Assembly (NCBI GenBank): GCA_040081625.1
Contig: JBEBGD010000081.1
Span: 1-25,701 of the forward strand
Direction of reading: 5' to 3'
Length of the DNA: 25,701 bases
DNA from: Chthoniobacteraceae bacterium
Lineage (GTDB): Bacteria; Verrucomicrobiota; Verrucomicrobiia; Chthoniobacterales; Chthoniobacteraceae
Both the position numbers and the translations under genes were made by a program. Positions within the stretch are counted from its first letter, which is position 1; every line of letters begins with the position of its first letter. Under the pieces are notes generated by a model that had not been told where the DNA came from, did not search any database, and was given only the letters and a program-made list of their open reading frames with translations. Shown here in pieces: positions 17,747 to 25,701 of the stretch.

Positions 17747-19282
17747 TCAGTGCCGGAAATGCCGGACGCCCGTGCAGATCATCGCGATCTCGCGCTCGTT
17801 CGCGGCGGCGATGATCTCCTCGTCGCGCACACTGCCTCCGGGCTGGATGGCGCAGGTCGCGCCGGCGTCCGCTGCGGCTATGAGCCCGTCGGAGAATGGG
17901 AAGAACGCATCGCTGCCGACCGCGCTGCCTTCGAGCGAAAGTCCGGCGTCCCGTGCCTTCCAGATCGCGATGCGGCTGGAGTCCACGCGGCTCATCTGCC
18001 CGGCGCCGATGCCGAGCGTGCGATCGCCGGCGGCATAGACGATCGCGTTGCTCTTCACGTGCTTCACCACGCGCCACGCGAAAAGCATCGCCGCCATCTC
18101 ACTGACGGTCGGCTTGCGCGCAGTGACGACCTTTTCCCCGAGCCCCGTCTCGACGATCGAATCGCGGCTCTGCGTGAGCACGCCGCCGATCACCGATCGG
18201 ATCAACGCATCGCACGCACCGCCTTTGCCCTGCGAACTCGCGAGCTTGCGCATTAGGCGCAGGTTCTTCTTCTTCTTGAGCAGCGCAAGCGCGTCGGGCT
18301 CGTAGTCGGGCGCGATGATCACTTCGCTGAAAATCTCGCCGATCGCCTTGGCGAGCGGCTCGGTGAGCGGACGGTTGGTGATGATGATGCCGCCGAACGG
18401 CGCCTGCTTGTCGGTCGCGAATGCCTTGTCCCACGCCTCGCGTAAATCCGGATCGGAGCCGACGCCGCACGGGTTCGTATGCTTGAGGATCGCCACGGTC
18501 GGCTCGCCGAATTCCTCGATCAGCTCCGACGCCGCGGTGATGTCGAGGATGTTGTTATACGAGAGTTCCTTCCCGTGGAGCTTCTCGAAAAACTCGTCCC
18601 ACGAACCGTAGAGCGCGCCGGTCTGGTGCGGATTCTCGCCGTAGCGGAGCTGCGCGACGCGCGGCAGGCTGAGGCTGAAACTGCTCTGGCACTCCTTTTC
18701 CTTGTTGAGGAAATTCGCGATCGCGCCGTCGTAGCGCGCCGTGGTGACGAAGACCTTGATCGCGAGCCTCTCGCGGAGCTGGAGCGTAGTCTCGCCGTCA
18801 TTGTCGCGCAGCACTTGCAGCACGTCCTCGTAGTCGCCCGGATCGGTGACGACCGTGACCGAGCGGTAATTCTTCGCCGCGCTGCGCAGCATCGACGGTC
18901 CGCCGATGTCGATGTTCTCGATCGCCTCATCGAGCGTCACGTCGGGCTTCGCGATCGTCTGCTCGAAAGGGTAGAGATTCACGACGACGAGATCGATCGG
19001 TTTGATGTCGTGTGCCGTCGCCTGCGCGACGTGCTCGGGGTTGTCGCGCAAGTGGAGCAAGCCGCCGTGGACCTTCGGGTGCAGCGTCTTCACGCGCCCA
19101 TCCATCATCTCGGGAAAGCCGGTGTAGTCGCTGATCTCGACGCACGGGATGCCTTCCTTCGCGAGCAGCTTTGCGGTGCCGCCGGTCGAGATGATCTCGA
19201 TGCCGAGCGCAGCGAGCTCCCTGGCAAACGGGACGAGGCCGGTCTTGTCGGAAACGGAGATCAGGGCGCGCGAGATTTTCAT
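17747..19282 (-). CDS. purH: Bifunctional AICAR transformylase/IMP cyclohydrolase
   Basis: [59 protein letters not shown]. Confidence 0.98.
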   Translation of the reverse strand: MKISRALISVSDKTGLVPFARELAALGIEIISTGGTAKLLAKEGIPCVEISDYTGFPEMMDGRVKTLHPKVHGGLLHLRDNPEHVAQATAHDIKPIDLVVVNLYPFEQTIAKPDVTLDEAIENIDIGGPSMLRSAAKNYRSVTVVTDPGDYEDVLQVLRDNDGETTLQLRERLAIKVFVTTARYDGAIANFLNKEKECQSSFSLSLPRVAQLRYGENPHQTGALYGSWDEFFEKLHGKELSYNNILDITAASELIEEFGEPTVAILKHTNPCGVGSDPDLREAWDKAFATDKQAPFGGIIITNRPLTEPLAKAIGEIFSEVIIAPDYEPDALALLKKKKNLRLMRKLASSQGKGGACDALIRSVIGGVLTQSRDSIVETGLGEKVVTARKPTVSEMAAMLFAWRVVKHVKSNAIVYAAGDRTLGIGAGQMSRVDSSRIAIWKARDAGLSLEGSAVGSDAFFPFSDGLIAAADAGATCAIQPGGSVRDEEIIAAANEREIAMICTGVRHFRH

Positions 19283-19292
19283 CGGGGCGCGG

Positions 19293-19320
19293 AGGGTAGC
19301 GGGCGCGAGCGGCGGGTCAA
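19293..19320 (-). promoter_or_regulatory. Putative sigma70-type promoter of purH-pdxJ-acpS
   Basis: TTGACC-N16-TACCCT, 10 nt upstream of the purH ATG. Confidence 0.5.
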
Positions 19321-19360
19321 TCAGTGCTCACGCTGCCATGAAATCCCCGACGCCGGAGTC

Positions 19361-20173
19361 TCACTCGACGGCTTGCTGTTCATCGAGCCCGCCCCGCTTC
19401 GCGAGCAGCGAGATGATGCCGCGCTTCTTCGCCCCGGCCACGAAATCCCAGAAGGCGCGGCCTTCCTCCGCCCACACGCGATCGGCGGCTGCCGCGAGCG
19501 CCTGCGTGACATTGAGGCCGCTGCGGTAGAGCAGGTCGAAGGCTTCCTTGATCTCGGCGCGCTGCACCGCGGTGAAACCGGCCCGGCGCAAGCCGATGAC
19601 GTTGAGGCCGGCCACGATGTTGAGCCCGGTTCCCATGGCGTAAGGCGGGACGTTCTTCGAGAACGCCGAGCCGCCCTGGCAGATCGCGAGCCGGCCGATG
19701 CGCATGTGCTGGTGAACGACGCACCCGCCGCCGAGGAAGACGCGCTCGCCGACCTGCACGTAGCCGGCAAGCAGCACGTTGTTCGCGAGGATGACGTGGT
19801 CGGCGATCTCGACATTGTGCGCGAGGTGCGCGCCGGCCATGAGGAAGCAGTGGTCGCCGACGATGGTCGCACTGCCTTCGCTCGTGCCGCGATGGATCGT
19901 GGCGTATTCGCGGATTTTGTTGCCGCTGCCGATGCGCACTTCGCTGCGCACCGCGGGGCGGAAGGCGAGATCCTGCGGATCGCCGCCGATGATCGCGCCG
20001 TAGCCGATGAGGTTGTCGTCGCCCATCGTGACGTGGGCGGTGACGACGGCGTGCGCCTGGATCGTGCAGCGATTGCCGATGCGCGCGGCGCCTTCGACGA
20101 TGGCGAACGGCCCGACGGTGACATCGGCGCCGAGCTGCGCGTCCGGGTGGATGATGGCGGTGGAGTGGATCAT
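19361..20173 (-). CDS. lpxA: Acyl-ACP--UDP-GlcNAc O-acyltransferase (LpxA family, divergent)
   Basis: Hexapeptide repeats, IGGDPQD, IREYATIHRGT, HLAHN, VHQ, VPPY, GLNVIGLRRAGF. Confidence 0.88.
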   Translation of the reverse strand: MIHSTAIIHPDAQLGADVTVGPFAIVEGAARIGNRCTIQAHAVVTAHVTMGDDNLIGYGAIIGGDPQDLAFRPAVRSEVRIGSGNKIREYATIHRGTSEGSATIVGDHCFLMAGAHLAHNVEIADHVILANNVLLAGYVQVGERVFLGGGCVVHQHMRIGRLAICQGGSAFSKNVPPYAMGTGLNIVAGLNVIGLRRAGFTAVQRAEIKEAFDLLYRSGLNVTQALAAAADRVWAEEGRAFWDFVAGAKKRGIISLLAKRGGLDEQQAVE

Positions 20174-20178
20174 GGGGA

Positions 20179-20254
20179 AAGTAGGAAGTAAGAAGTGAAA
20201 AGTAAGAAGTAAGAAGGCGGCTGCCGACTTCCTAAATCATCCTTCCAACTTCCA
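20179..20254. repeat. Inverted arrays of 7-bp repeats
   Basis: AAGTAGG AAGTAAG AAGTGAA AAGTAAG AAGTAAG (20179-20213), a short GC core, then ACTTCCT AAATCAT CCTTCCA ACTTCCA (20227-20254). Confidence 0.8.
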
Positions 20255-20258
20255 AGCT

Positions 20259-20954
20259 TCAGAGCATCCCCGCCTGCCGGAAGCTGAACCACGGCACGCG
20301 ACCACCGTCCGCGTTTCCGAGGATGATGTGGTCGATGAGCTGGATGCTGAGGAGTTCCGCGGCACTGCGAAGGCGTTGCGTAAGCCGGCGGTCGGCGTCG
20401 CTCGGCGTGGAGTCGCCGCTCGGGTGATTGTGGACGACGATGAGGCCGAACGCGGCGTAGAGCAGCGCGGGCCGGAAGACTTCGCGCGGGTGCGCGAGGC
20501 TTTCGTTGAGACTGCCGAGCGAGACTTCCTCGGTGCGCAGGAGCTTGAGCTTGGTGTCGAGCAGGATCACGCGCAGCGACTCGCGCGTGAGCATCGACAT
20601 CTCCGCGCCGAGCAGCGCCCACACTTGCTCGGGCGTCTCCACGGGGACACGCGCGGTGTCCGCGCGGGCGAGGCGCGAGGCGAGCTCGAAGGCGGCGGCG
20701 AGTTGCACGGCCTTCGCCGGGCCGACGCCCTTGATGCGCCCGAGTTCCTTCACCGACGCGCGCGCGAGTCCGGCGAGCGATTTGAATTCCGCGAGAAGCT
20801 GCCGCGCGACGTCGATGGCGTTGGCGCCTTGCGTTCCGACGCGCAGCAGGATGGCGATCAGCTCCGGCTCGCTGAGTGTCGCTGCACCGTGCAGCGCGAG
20901 CTTTTCGCGCGGGCGCTCGTCTTCGCGAAGCTCCTGGATCCGCAGGCTGCCCAC
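20259..20954 (-). CDS. radC: RadC/UPF0758 JAB-domain protein
   Basis: ERPREKL, ELIAILLRVG, IKGVGPAKA, HPREVF, HNHPSGD, LIDHII; GTG start at 20954. Confidence 0.95.
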   Translation of the reverse strand: MGSLRIQELREDERPREKLALHGAATLSEPELIAILLRVGTQGANAIDVARQLLAEFKSLAGLARASVKELGRIKGVGPAKAVQLAAAFELASRLARADTARVPVETPEQVWALLGAEMSMLTRESLRVILLDTKLKLLRTEEVSLGSLNESLAHPREVFRPALLYAAFGLIVVHNHPSGDSTPSDADRRLTQRLRSAAELLSIQLIDHIILGNADGGRVPWFSFRQAGML

Positions 20955-20955
20955 G

Positions 20956-21621
20956 TCAGAGATCCTTGCCCCTGAGCGGGCGGCCGGACTTCGGCGTGGC
21001 GCCCGGATCGGGATTGGTGATCGCATCGAGTTGCGCCCTCAGGCTCTCGGACGCGTAGCGCACCGTGACCAGGAACTGGCTCTCGTCCTCGGTGGCCACG
21101 GATGTCGGCGGCGCCATCTCGCACGAGAGCGTGAGCGATTCCTTTTCCTGCAAATTTGCCGGGAATTTCCAGCTCGTCGCCGTTCCCTGGTTCGGCACGC
21201 GCGCGCCGGCGACCTGCAAGGCGCGCTTTTGGTCGGGCGTGAGCGTGCTCAGCCGCCGCTCGCCGGTCGGCGGCCCGTATTTTTTCGCGAGCTCCTTCTT
21301 GATCTCGCGGAAGAGCGCGCTGCCGCTGTCGGCGGCCTTCATCGTCGCGGACAAGGCGACGAGCTTTCCATTCACCAATTCGACGTCCCACATCACGACT
21401 TCCTGCCCGGCGAATTTTCCGCCCGTCGCCTGAATGCGCGGCTCGGTGCTGTCGAAGAGCGTCTCGGGAATGGTCGCTCCAGCTTCGCCGAGCGCCGTGA
21501 GCACTTCAATACGCGACGCACCCCACTTCATGCCGAGCACCGACTTCGGGCGCGAAAACGTCTGCGCGAAAGCCGTGCTCGCGAGGAGGCAGGCGGCGAG
21601 GATGAGAAGGCGCGGGTTCAT
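20956..21621 (-). CDS. Secreted hypothetical protein
   Basis: Signal peptide MNPRLLILAACLLASTAFA-Q; fits exactly between its neighbours. Confidence 0.75.
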   Translation of the reverse strand: MNPRLLILAACLLASTAFAQTFSRPKSVLGMKWGASRIEVLTALGEAGATIPETLFDSTEPRIQATGGKFAGQEVVMWDVELVNGKLVALSATMKAADSGSALFREIKKELAKKYGPPTGERRLSTLTPDQKRALQVAGARVPNQGTATSWKFPANLQEKESLTLSCEMAPPTSVATEDESQFLVTVRYASESLRAQLDAITNPDPGATPKSGRPLRGKDL

Positions 21622-21654
21622 CGTAGGAAAAAAAGCCGGCGCCCCGGTCTGAGC

Positions 21655-22677
21655 TTAGACGCCGAAGGGCGCGATCATCTGGTCGAGCGTCGTGACAAGC
21701 AAGCCGAGGCTGTCGCGGTATCGGCCCGCGGGCACGACCGTGAGTTGCGCTCCCGCTTCGCGCACGAACTTGCGGGCGGTCGCAACGGCGCTGCGCACCG
21801 CACCGGCCTTGAGGGCTTCGTCCACGAGCAGGCGCGTGTCGTCGTCGTCGCCCTCGAGGATGAGGTGGGAAATGCGCTGGCGCTTTTCCGGGTCGCTCTG
21901 CTGGAGGAGGTAGAGGATGGGCAGCGTCAGCTTGCCCTTGCGCAGGTCGCTGCCGAGCGTCTTGCCGGCCTTGGCTTCATCGCCCGCGAGATCGACCACG
22001 TCGTCGTAGATCTGATACGCCGACCCGAGCCGCAGGCCGAAGATCCGCAGCGCGGTGATCACCTCCGGCGACGCCTCGTTGAGCAGCGCGCCGAGTTCGG
22101 TCGCGACGCCGAAGAGCGCCGCCGTCTTCATCTCGATGATCTTGTAGTAATCCGGCACGCTCAGCTTGAGATCGAAACGCCGCTGCGTCTGGATGATCTC
22201 GCCGCTGCACACGTCCGCTGCGGCGTGCGCGATGCGGCGGCTGACTTCGCCATTTTGAAAGCCCGTCGAAATCTTCAGCGCGTGCGCGAAGAGACAATCG
22301 CCGAGCAACACCGAGATCGCGTTGCCCCACTTCGCATTCGCCGTGGGCTGGCCGCGCCGCTTCTCCGCACCGTCGAGGATGTCGTCGTGGACGAGGGTCG
22401 CCGCGTGGATGAGCTCGACGACCACAGCCAGCTCGAAATGGTTCGGCCCGATCTCGCCGGTCGCGCCGCCCGCGAGCAGCGCCAGTGCGGGCCGCAGCCG
22501 CTTGCCGTTGGATTCGATCGCGTAGGCCACGTAGCCCTCGACGGCAGGATCGAAGGCGCGGGCCTGCTGGCGGATGCGTTCCTCCACGGCGTAGAGCTGC
22601 GCGTTGATGGGCTCGAGAGTCGCTTTTAGGGCCGCTGTCTTGTCCACAGCCGCGTCGGTCTTTGTGATTTGGTTCAC
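21655..22677 (-). CDS. Polyprenyl diphosphate synthase (IspB-like)
   Basis: GKRLRP, LVHDDILD...RRG (first Asp-rich motif), LLGD, KTAALF, YQIYDDVVD (second Asp-rich motif), GKLTLP; GTG start at 22677. Confidence 0.94.
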   Translation of the reverse strand: MNQITKTDAAVDKTAALKATLEPINAQLYAVEERIRQQARAFDPAVEGYVAYAIESNGKRLRPALALLAGGATGEIGPNHFELAVVVELIHAATLVHDDILDGAEKRRGQPTANAKWGNAISVLLGDCLFAHALKISTGFQNGEVSRRIAHAAADVCSGEIIQTQRRFDLKLSVPDYYKIIEMKTAALFGVATELGALLNEASPEVITALRIFGLRLGSAYQIYDDVVDLAGDEAKAGKTLGSDLRKGKLTLPILYLLQQSDPEKRQRISHLILEGDDDDTRLLVDEALKAGAVRSAVATARKFVREAGAQLTVVPAGRYRDSLGLLVTTLDQMIAPFGV

Positions 22678-22685
22678 TCGCGCGC

Positions 22686-22713
22686 AGGATAGGGTCGAGC
22701 CTGCGCCTGTCAA
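22686..22713 (-). promoter_or_regulatory. Putative sigma70-type promoter of the polyprenyl synthase gene
   Basis: TTGACA-N16-TATCCT, 8 nt before the GTG; the -35 overlaps the upstream stop codon. Confidence 0.55.
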
Positions 22714-23930
22714 TTGCGCCGCTTCATGCTCTGCGAAGCGACCGGCGGCTGCGTGAGCGAGGCGTCGAGCGGCGCGCCGGTGAGCGTCCGCAGGAAGGCT
22801 TCCAGATCCGCCTTTTCCTGTTCGGTGAATTTCAGCGGCACGAGCGTGTCCTCGCGATGACCGAAGGCCGGCTCGCCGGGCAGCTCCGAGTAGAAGTCGA
22901 TGACCTCGCGCAGCGTGGCGAATCGACCGTCGTGCATATATGGCGCGGTCCCGGCGACGTTGCGCAACGTCGGCGTCTTGAATTCGCCGAGGTGATTTAG
23001 CTTCACGGTCAGGTAGCGCAGCTTGATGTTTGCCGCCGGGCTCCGGTCGTCGCTGAACTCGCCGAGCCCGTTGAAGCGGTCCGCCCGGACCTCCTGGATT
23101 CCCTCGAATCGCCCCTGGTCGGGCGGCACCCCGGCCATGCCGATGTTGTGAAATTCACCGTCGGTAAAATTCGGCCCGGCGTGGCAGAGGACGCATCCCC
23201 CGCGCCCGACGAAGAGCTGGAGCCCGCGCTGCGCGGATTCGCTGATCGCCCTCGGCTCGCGCGCCACTCCCCCGCTCCGCATCGTCGCGACGAATCGATC
23301 GAACGGCGCGCCGGTGCTGACGATGAGCCGCTGGTATGCCTCGAGCGCTTTCCCGAAATTGGCGAGCAATGTGTCCGCCGCACGATCCCCGGCATTTGCC
23401 GCCGGCGGAAGCGGTCCGAAGATCGCTTCGTAATCGGCCTTCATCGACGCATCGTCGGCGAGCACAGCGCGGAGGTGTTCAGGATCCACGCCCATTTCCT
23501 TTTCGTGCAGCAGCGGCTGGAGCGCCTGGGCCCAGAGCGAATCGGCGCGACCATTCCAAAAAAACCAGCGTTGATGCCCGACATTCCAGAGCGCCATCGA
23601 GTGCCGTTCGGTCGGTTTCAGGCCTTCGGAGAGCGGCTTTCCGTCGGAGAATCCGTGCGCCGGATCGTGGCAGGTCGCGCACGAGATTTCGCCGTTGGCC
23701 GAGAGACGTTTGTCGAAAAACAGCCGCTGGCCGAGTCTCGCGGCGGCGGGGTTGTCTGCGACCGCGTTCGTCGGGTTGGCCGGCGTCGGCGGGAGCGGCG
23801 ACAGCTTCAAAACCTCGCGCACCTCCTCCGCCGTGAATGGCAGCACGCGCTCCGCCGGTTCGCGCTCGCACCCTGTGGAAAAGACCGCGGCAAGCCCGGC
23901 GGCGATGACGGCCAGGCCGCCGCGGTTCAT
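22710..23930 (-). CDS. Di-heme cytochrome c peroxidase/MauG superfamily lipoprotein
   Basis: Two CxxCH motifs (CATCH 23667-23681, CVLCH 23181-23195), LGQRLFFDKRLS, FFWNGRA, FKTPTLRNV, APYMHDG; lipobox-like FSTGC after ATG 23930. Confidence 0.93.
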   Translation of the reverse strand: MNRGGLAVIAAGLAAVFSTGCEREPAERVLPFTAEEVREVLKLSPLPPTPANPTNAVADNPAAARLGQRLFFDKRLSANGEISCATCHDPAHGFSDGKPLSEGLKPTERHSMALWNVGHQRWFFWNGRADSLWAQALQPLLHEKEMGVDPEHLRAVLADDASMKADYEAIFGPLPPAANAGDRAADTLLANFGKALEAYQRLIVSTGAPFDRFVATMRSGGVAREPRAISESAQRGLQLFVGRGGCVLCHAGPNFTDGEFHNIGMAGVPPDQGRFEGIQEVRADRFNGLGEFSDDRSPAANIKLRYLTVKLNHLGEFKTPTLRNVAGTAPYMHDGRFATLREVIDFYSELPGEPAFGHREDTLVPLKFTEQEKADLEAFLRTLTGAPLDASLTQPPVASQSMKRRN

Positions 23931-24373
23931 TCGATCGCGACTGGAAACGACGCGCGCTCCTTCGTGCTCCCCGCAGCGACATCGACCGTGATCATCCACT
24001 CCCCCGCCATGTGAAAGAGCATCCCATTGGCGCGGTATCGATTCCCGCCCTCGTGGACGGTTTCCGCCTTGGTGTTCATCCCGTGCTGATGCGCCGGCAT
24101 ATCCGCATCCACGACCACACTCACCGGCGCGCCCGCTCCCGCACCCGGCTCCAGCACGACCTCGATCGAGAAGTGCTCGTTCCTCACGATGCGGCCACCG
24201 TGCGGCCGGATCGTCACGCCGAAATTTCCGCGATCGGTCTTGCGCGTCGCGGGCCAAATCGCAGCGACGGGCGGCGCCGGCTCGGCGATCCGCGCCGGCG
24301 CGGGAGCCTTTCCACAGCCTGCATCAGCCAGGAGGATCGCGATGCCGACGAACGAAAACAGAAACGTGCGCAT
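23927..24373 (-). CDS. YtkA/FixH-like exported protein (probable lipoprotein)
   Basis: DADMPAHQHGM and GMLFHMAGEW motifs in a beta-rich domain; signal sequence ending AGC; ATGA overlap with the di-heme gene. Confidence 0.78.
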   Translation of the reverse strand: MRTFLFSFVGIAILLADAGCGKAPAPARIAEPAPPVAAIWPATRKTDRGNFGVTIRPHGGRIVRNEHFSIEVVLEPGAGAGAPVSVVVDADMPAHQHGMNTKAETVHEGGNRYRANGMLFHMAGEWMITVDVAAGSTKERASFPVAIE

Positions 24374-24484
24374 GATGGGGACTTGGGGCGGATGCATCGG
24401 TTGATCGATCGATTCGATACGCTCAAAGGACTCCATGGCCATGAGTTGTTCAAGGCGCGCCCGCAAATTCCGAAGGCCAAAAAT

Positions 24485-24557
24485 TACCGCTAACGGGATT
24501 CGAACCCGTGTAACAGCCTTGAGAGGGCTGTGTCCTAGGCCCCTAGACGATAGCGGC
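24485..24557 (-). tRNA. tRNA-Glu (anticodon CTC)
   Basis: GCCGCTA/TAGCGGT acceptor stem, CAGCC-CTCTCAA-GGCTG anticodon arm, GGTTCGAATCC T-arm; CCA not encoded. Confidence 0.96.
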
Positions 24558-24574
24558 GTTTCGAGAGCGCGCGG

Positions 24575-24603
24575 AGAGTAGAGGTGCCTCACACGCGGCT
24601 CAA
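24575..24603 (-). promoter_or_regulatory. Putative promoter of tRNA-Glu
   Basis: TTGAGC-N17-TACTCT, 17 nt upstream of the tRNA 5' end. Confidence 0.45.
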
Positions 24604-24620
24604 CCGGTTTTTTCCGCGCG

Positions 24621-25154
24621 CTATTCGCTGATGCGTTCGCCGGGCTCGATCGGCTCGGTCGGCGCGACCCGCGTCTGGTCGAGCCGCCGCGAAAGGCGCA
24701 CTCGCGCATCGTCGGCGCGCTTCTTCAGCGAGGAATCGAGCTTCGCGATCCGGCCATAAAGCAACGCGTAGTATGACCGTAACGCCTCGCGTTTCTCGAA
24801 GTCGGACTTCGCGGTATTCGCGCGGTCCATCTCCGCCGCCACCTTCGGCTCACGCTCGGCCTTCGTCTTGAGTTCGCGGAAGCGGATGCGCTCGTTCAGT
24901 TCGTCCGCGGCGGCGGTCGTCTTGTCGAGCGTCTGCGGAGCCTCGGGCTCCTTGAGTTCCACACCTTTCGGCTTCTGCACGGGCTCGAGCGTCTCGGGGA
25001 TAAGGCCAATCCCGTCCTTCGGCGCCGCATCCTTCACGGCAGGAGCTGGCGCCGGCGCGGGCGTGTCGCTTTCGCGGAATTTCGGTTTGGCCGCGTCTTG
25101 GGCGACAGCAGCGGCGGCGAGCATGGTGAGGGCGAAGGCGGCGAGGCTTTTCAT
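24621..25154 (-). CDS. Secreted hypothetical protein
   Basis: Signal peptide MKSLAAFALTMLAAAAVA-Q, Pro-rich linker and helical C-terminal part; ATG at 25154. Confidence 0.75.
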   Translation of the reverse strand: MKSLAAFALTMLAAAAVAQDAAKPKFRESDTPAPAPAPAVKDAAPKDGIGLIPETLEPVQKPKGVELKEPEAPQTLDKTTAAADELNERIRFRELKTKAEREPKVAAEMDRANTAKSDFEKREALRSYYALLYGRIAKLDSSLKKRADDARVRLSRRLDQTRVAPTEPIEPGERISE

Positions 25155-25221
25155 TTCGAGGGGCGCAGGGTAGCGGAAAAATTCGGTTTGAAAAGCAGGC
25201 AAGCCGGCGCAATGGCCCGGC

Positions 25222-25701
25222 GTGTCCTTGCGCGTCTCGAATCCCAGTCCGGTATCTCTCGACCTCGCACCCGTCGAGGTCGCCGCGCGGATGCGCCATC
25301 TGCCGGGGCTCGTGTTCTTCGACAGCGCTCTCGAAGGCGCGCGCCGCGGCCAAATTTCCATCGTCGCGGCCGAGCCCTCGCCGCTCCTGCGCGGCACGCT
25401 CCGGCAGGACGCCGGGCTTTTGCGCGAAGCGATTGCCGCGCATCGCAGCGAGTCCGCCGACCACGGCGTGCCGACCGGCTTCCTCGCCGGCAGCGTGGAC
25501 TACGATGGCGCGTTCTGTTTCGGCCTCTACGAGAATGCGCTGATCCATCGCCACGACGATGGCTCATGGCTCGAAGTCGGCGATTGCCTCTCCAAGCTCG
25601 GCACGCCCGGCACTGGCGCCGATCGCCCGGGCGTCGCCTTCACCGCCGGGCGCACGCGCGACGACTACTGCGCGATGGTCGAGCGCGCGCTCGACTACAT
25701 C
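25222..25701 (+). CDS. Aminodeoxychorismate/anthranilate synthase component I family (PabB/TrpE-like), 3'-truncated
   Basis: Own translation (not in the ORF track because there is no stop): ...GLVFFDSALEG...SIVAAEP...GFLAGSVDYDG...DDYCAMVERALDYI. Start is GTG 25222 or TTG 25228. Confidence 0.8.
   Translation, partial: MSLRVSNPSPVSLDLAPVEVAARMRHLPGLVFFDSALEGARRGQISIVAAEPSPLLRGTLRQDAGLLREAIAAHRSESADHGVPTGFLAGSVDYDGAFCFGLYENALIHRHDDGSWLEVGDCLSKLGTPGTGADRPGVAFTAGRTRDDYCAMVERALDYI

Noticed and set aside
20259..20954. radC as a marker of a mobile or anti-restriction element
   Set aside because: It is the full-length chromosomal form with the N-terminal HhH region, set among housekeeping genes.
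21626..21650. Terminator after the polyprenyl synthase gene (CCGG-GGCG-CCGG then a T run on the minus strand)
   Set aside because: The stem is only 4 bp and sits immediately before the next start codon; too weak to call.
24400..24447. Palindromes ATCGATCGAT and CATGGCCATG upstream of the YtkA-like gene as a metal-regulator operator
   Set aside because: They match no operator consensus I can support and are short enough to occur by chance.

Overview
High-GC bacterial chromosomal window. The gene set and repeat types suggest Verrucomicrobiota (inference). It opens with the 3' end of a biosynthetic operon: a C-A-T-TE NRPS module with a Cys-nucleophile thioesterase, overlapping an Sfp-type PPTase and a Wzm-type polysaccharide ABC permease, followed by a GT8-like protein. 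Housekeeping genes follow: panC, nadB, acpP, acpS, pdxJ, purH, a divergent lpxA, radC, a polyprenyl synthase, partial pabB-like gene, tRNA-Val(CAC) and tRNA-Glu(CTC). A decayed accessory patch downstream of tRNA-Val holds a TIR remnant, a secreted GH36-like glycosidase, a 32-bp inverted-repeat element and a frameshifted hypothetical gene. Downstream of tRNA-Glu is a translationally coupled pair: a YtkA-like Met/His-motif protein and a MauG-type di-heme enzyme with a predicted His/Tyr heme. The best candidates for undescribed biology are the NRPS/glycan-export coupling with its atypical TE and the YtkA-like/MauG-like pair. All calls come from manual motif reading; no database searches were run.
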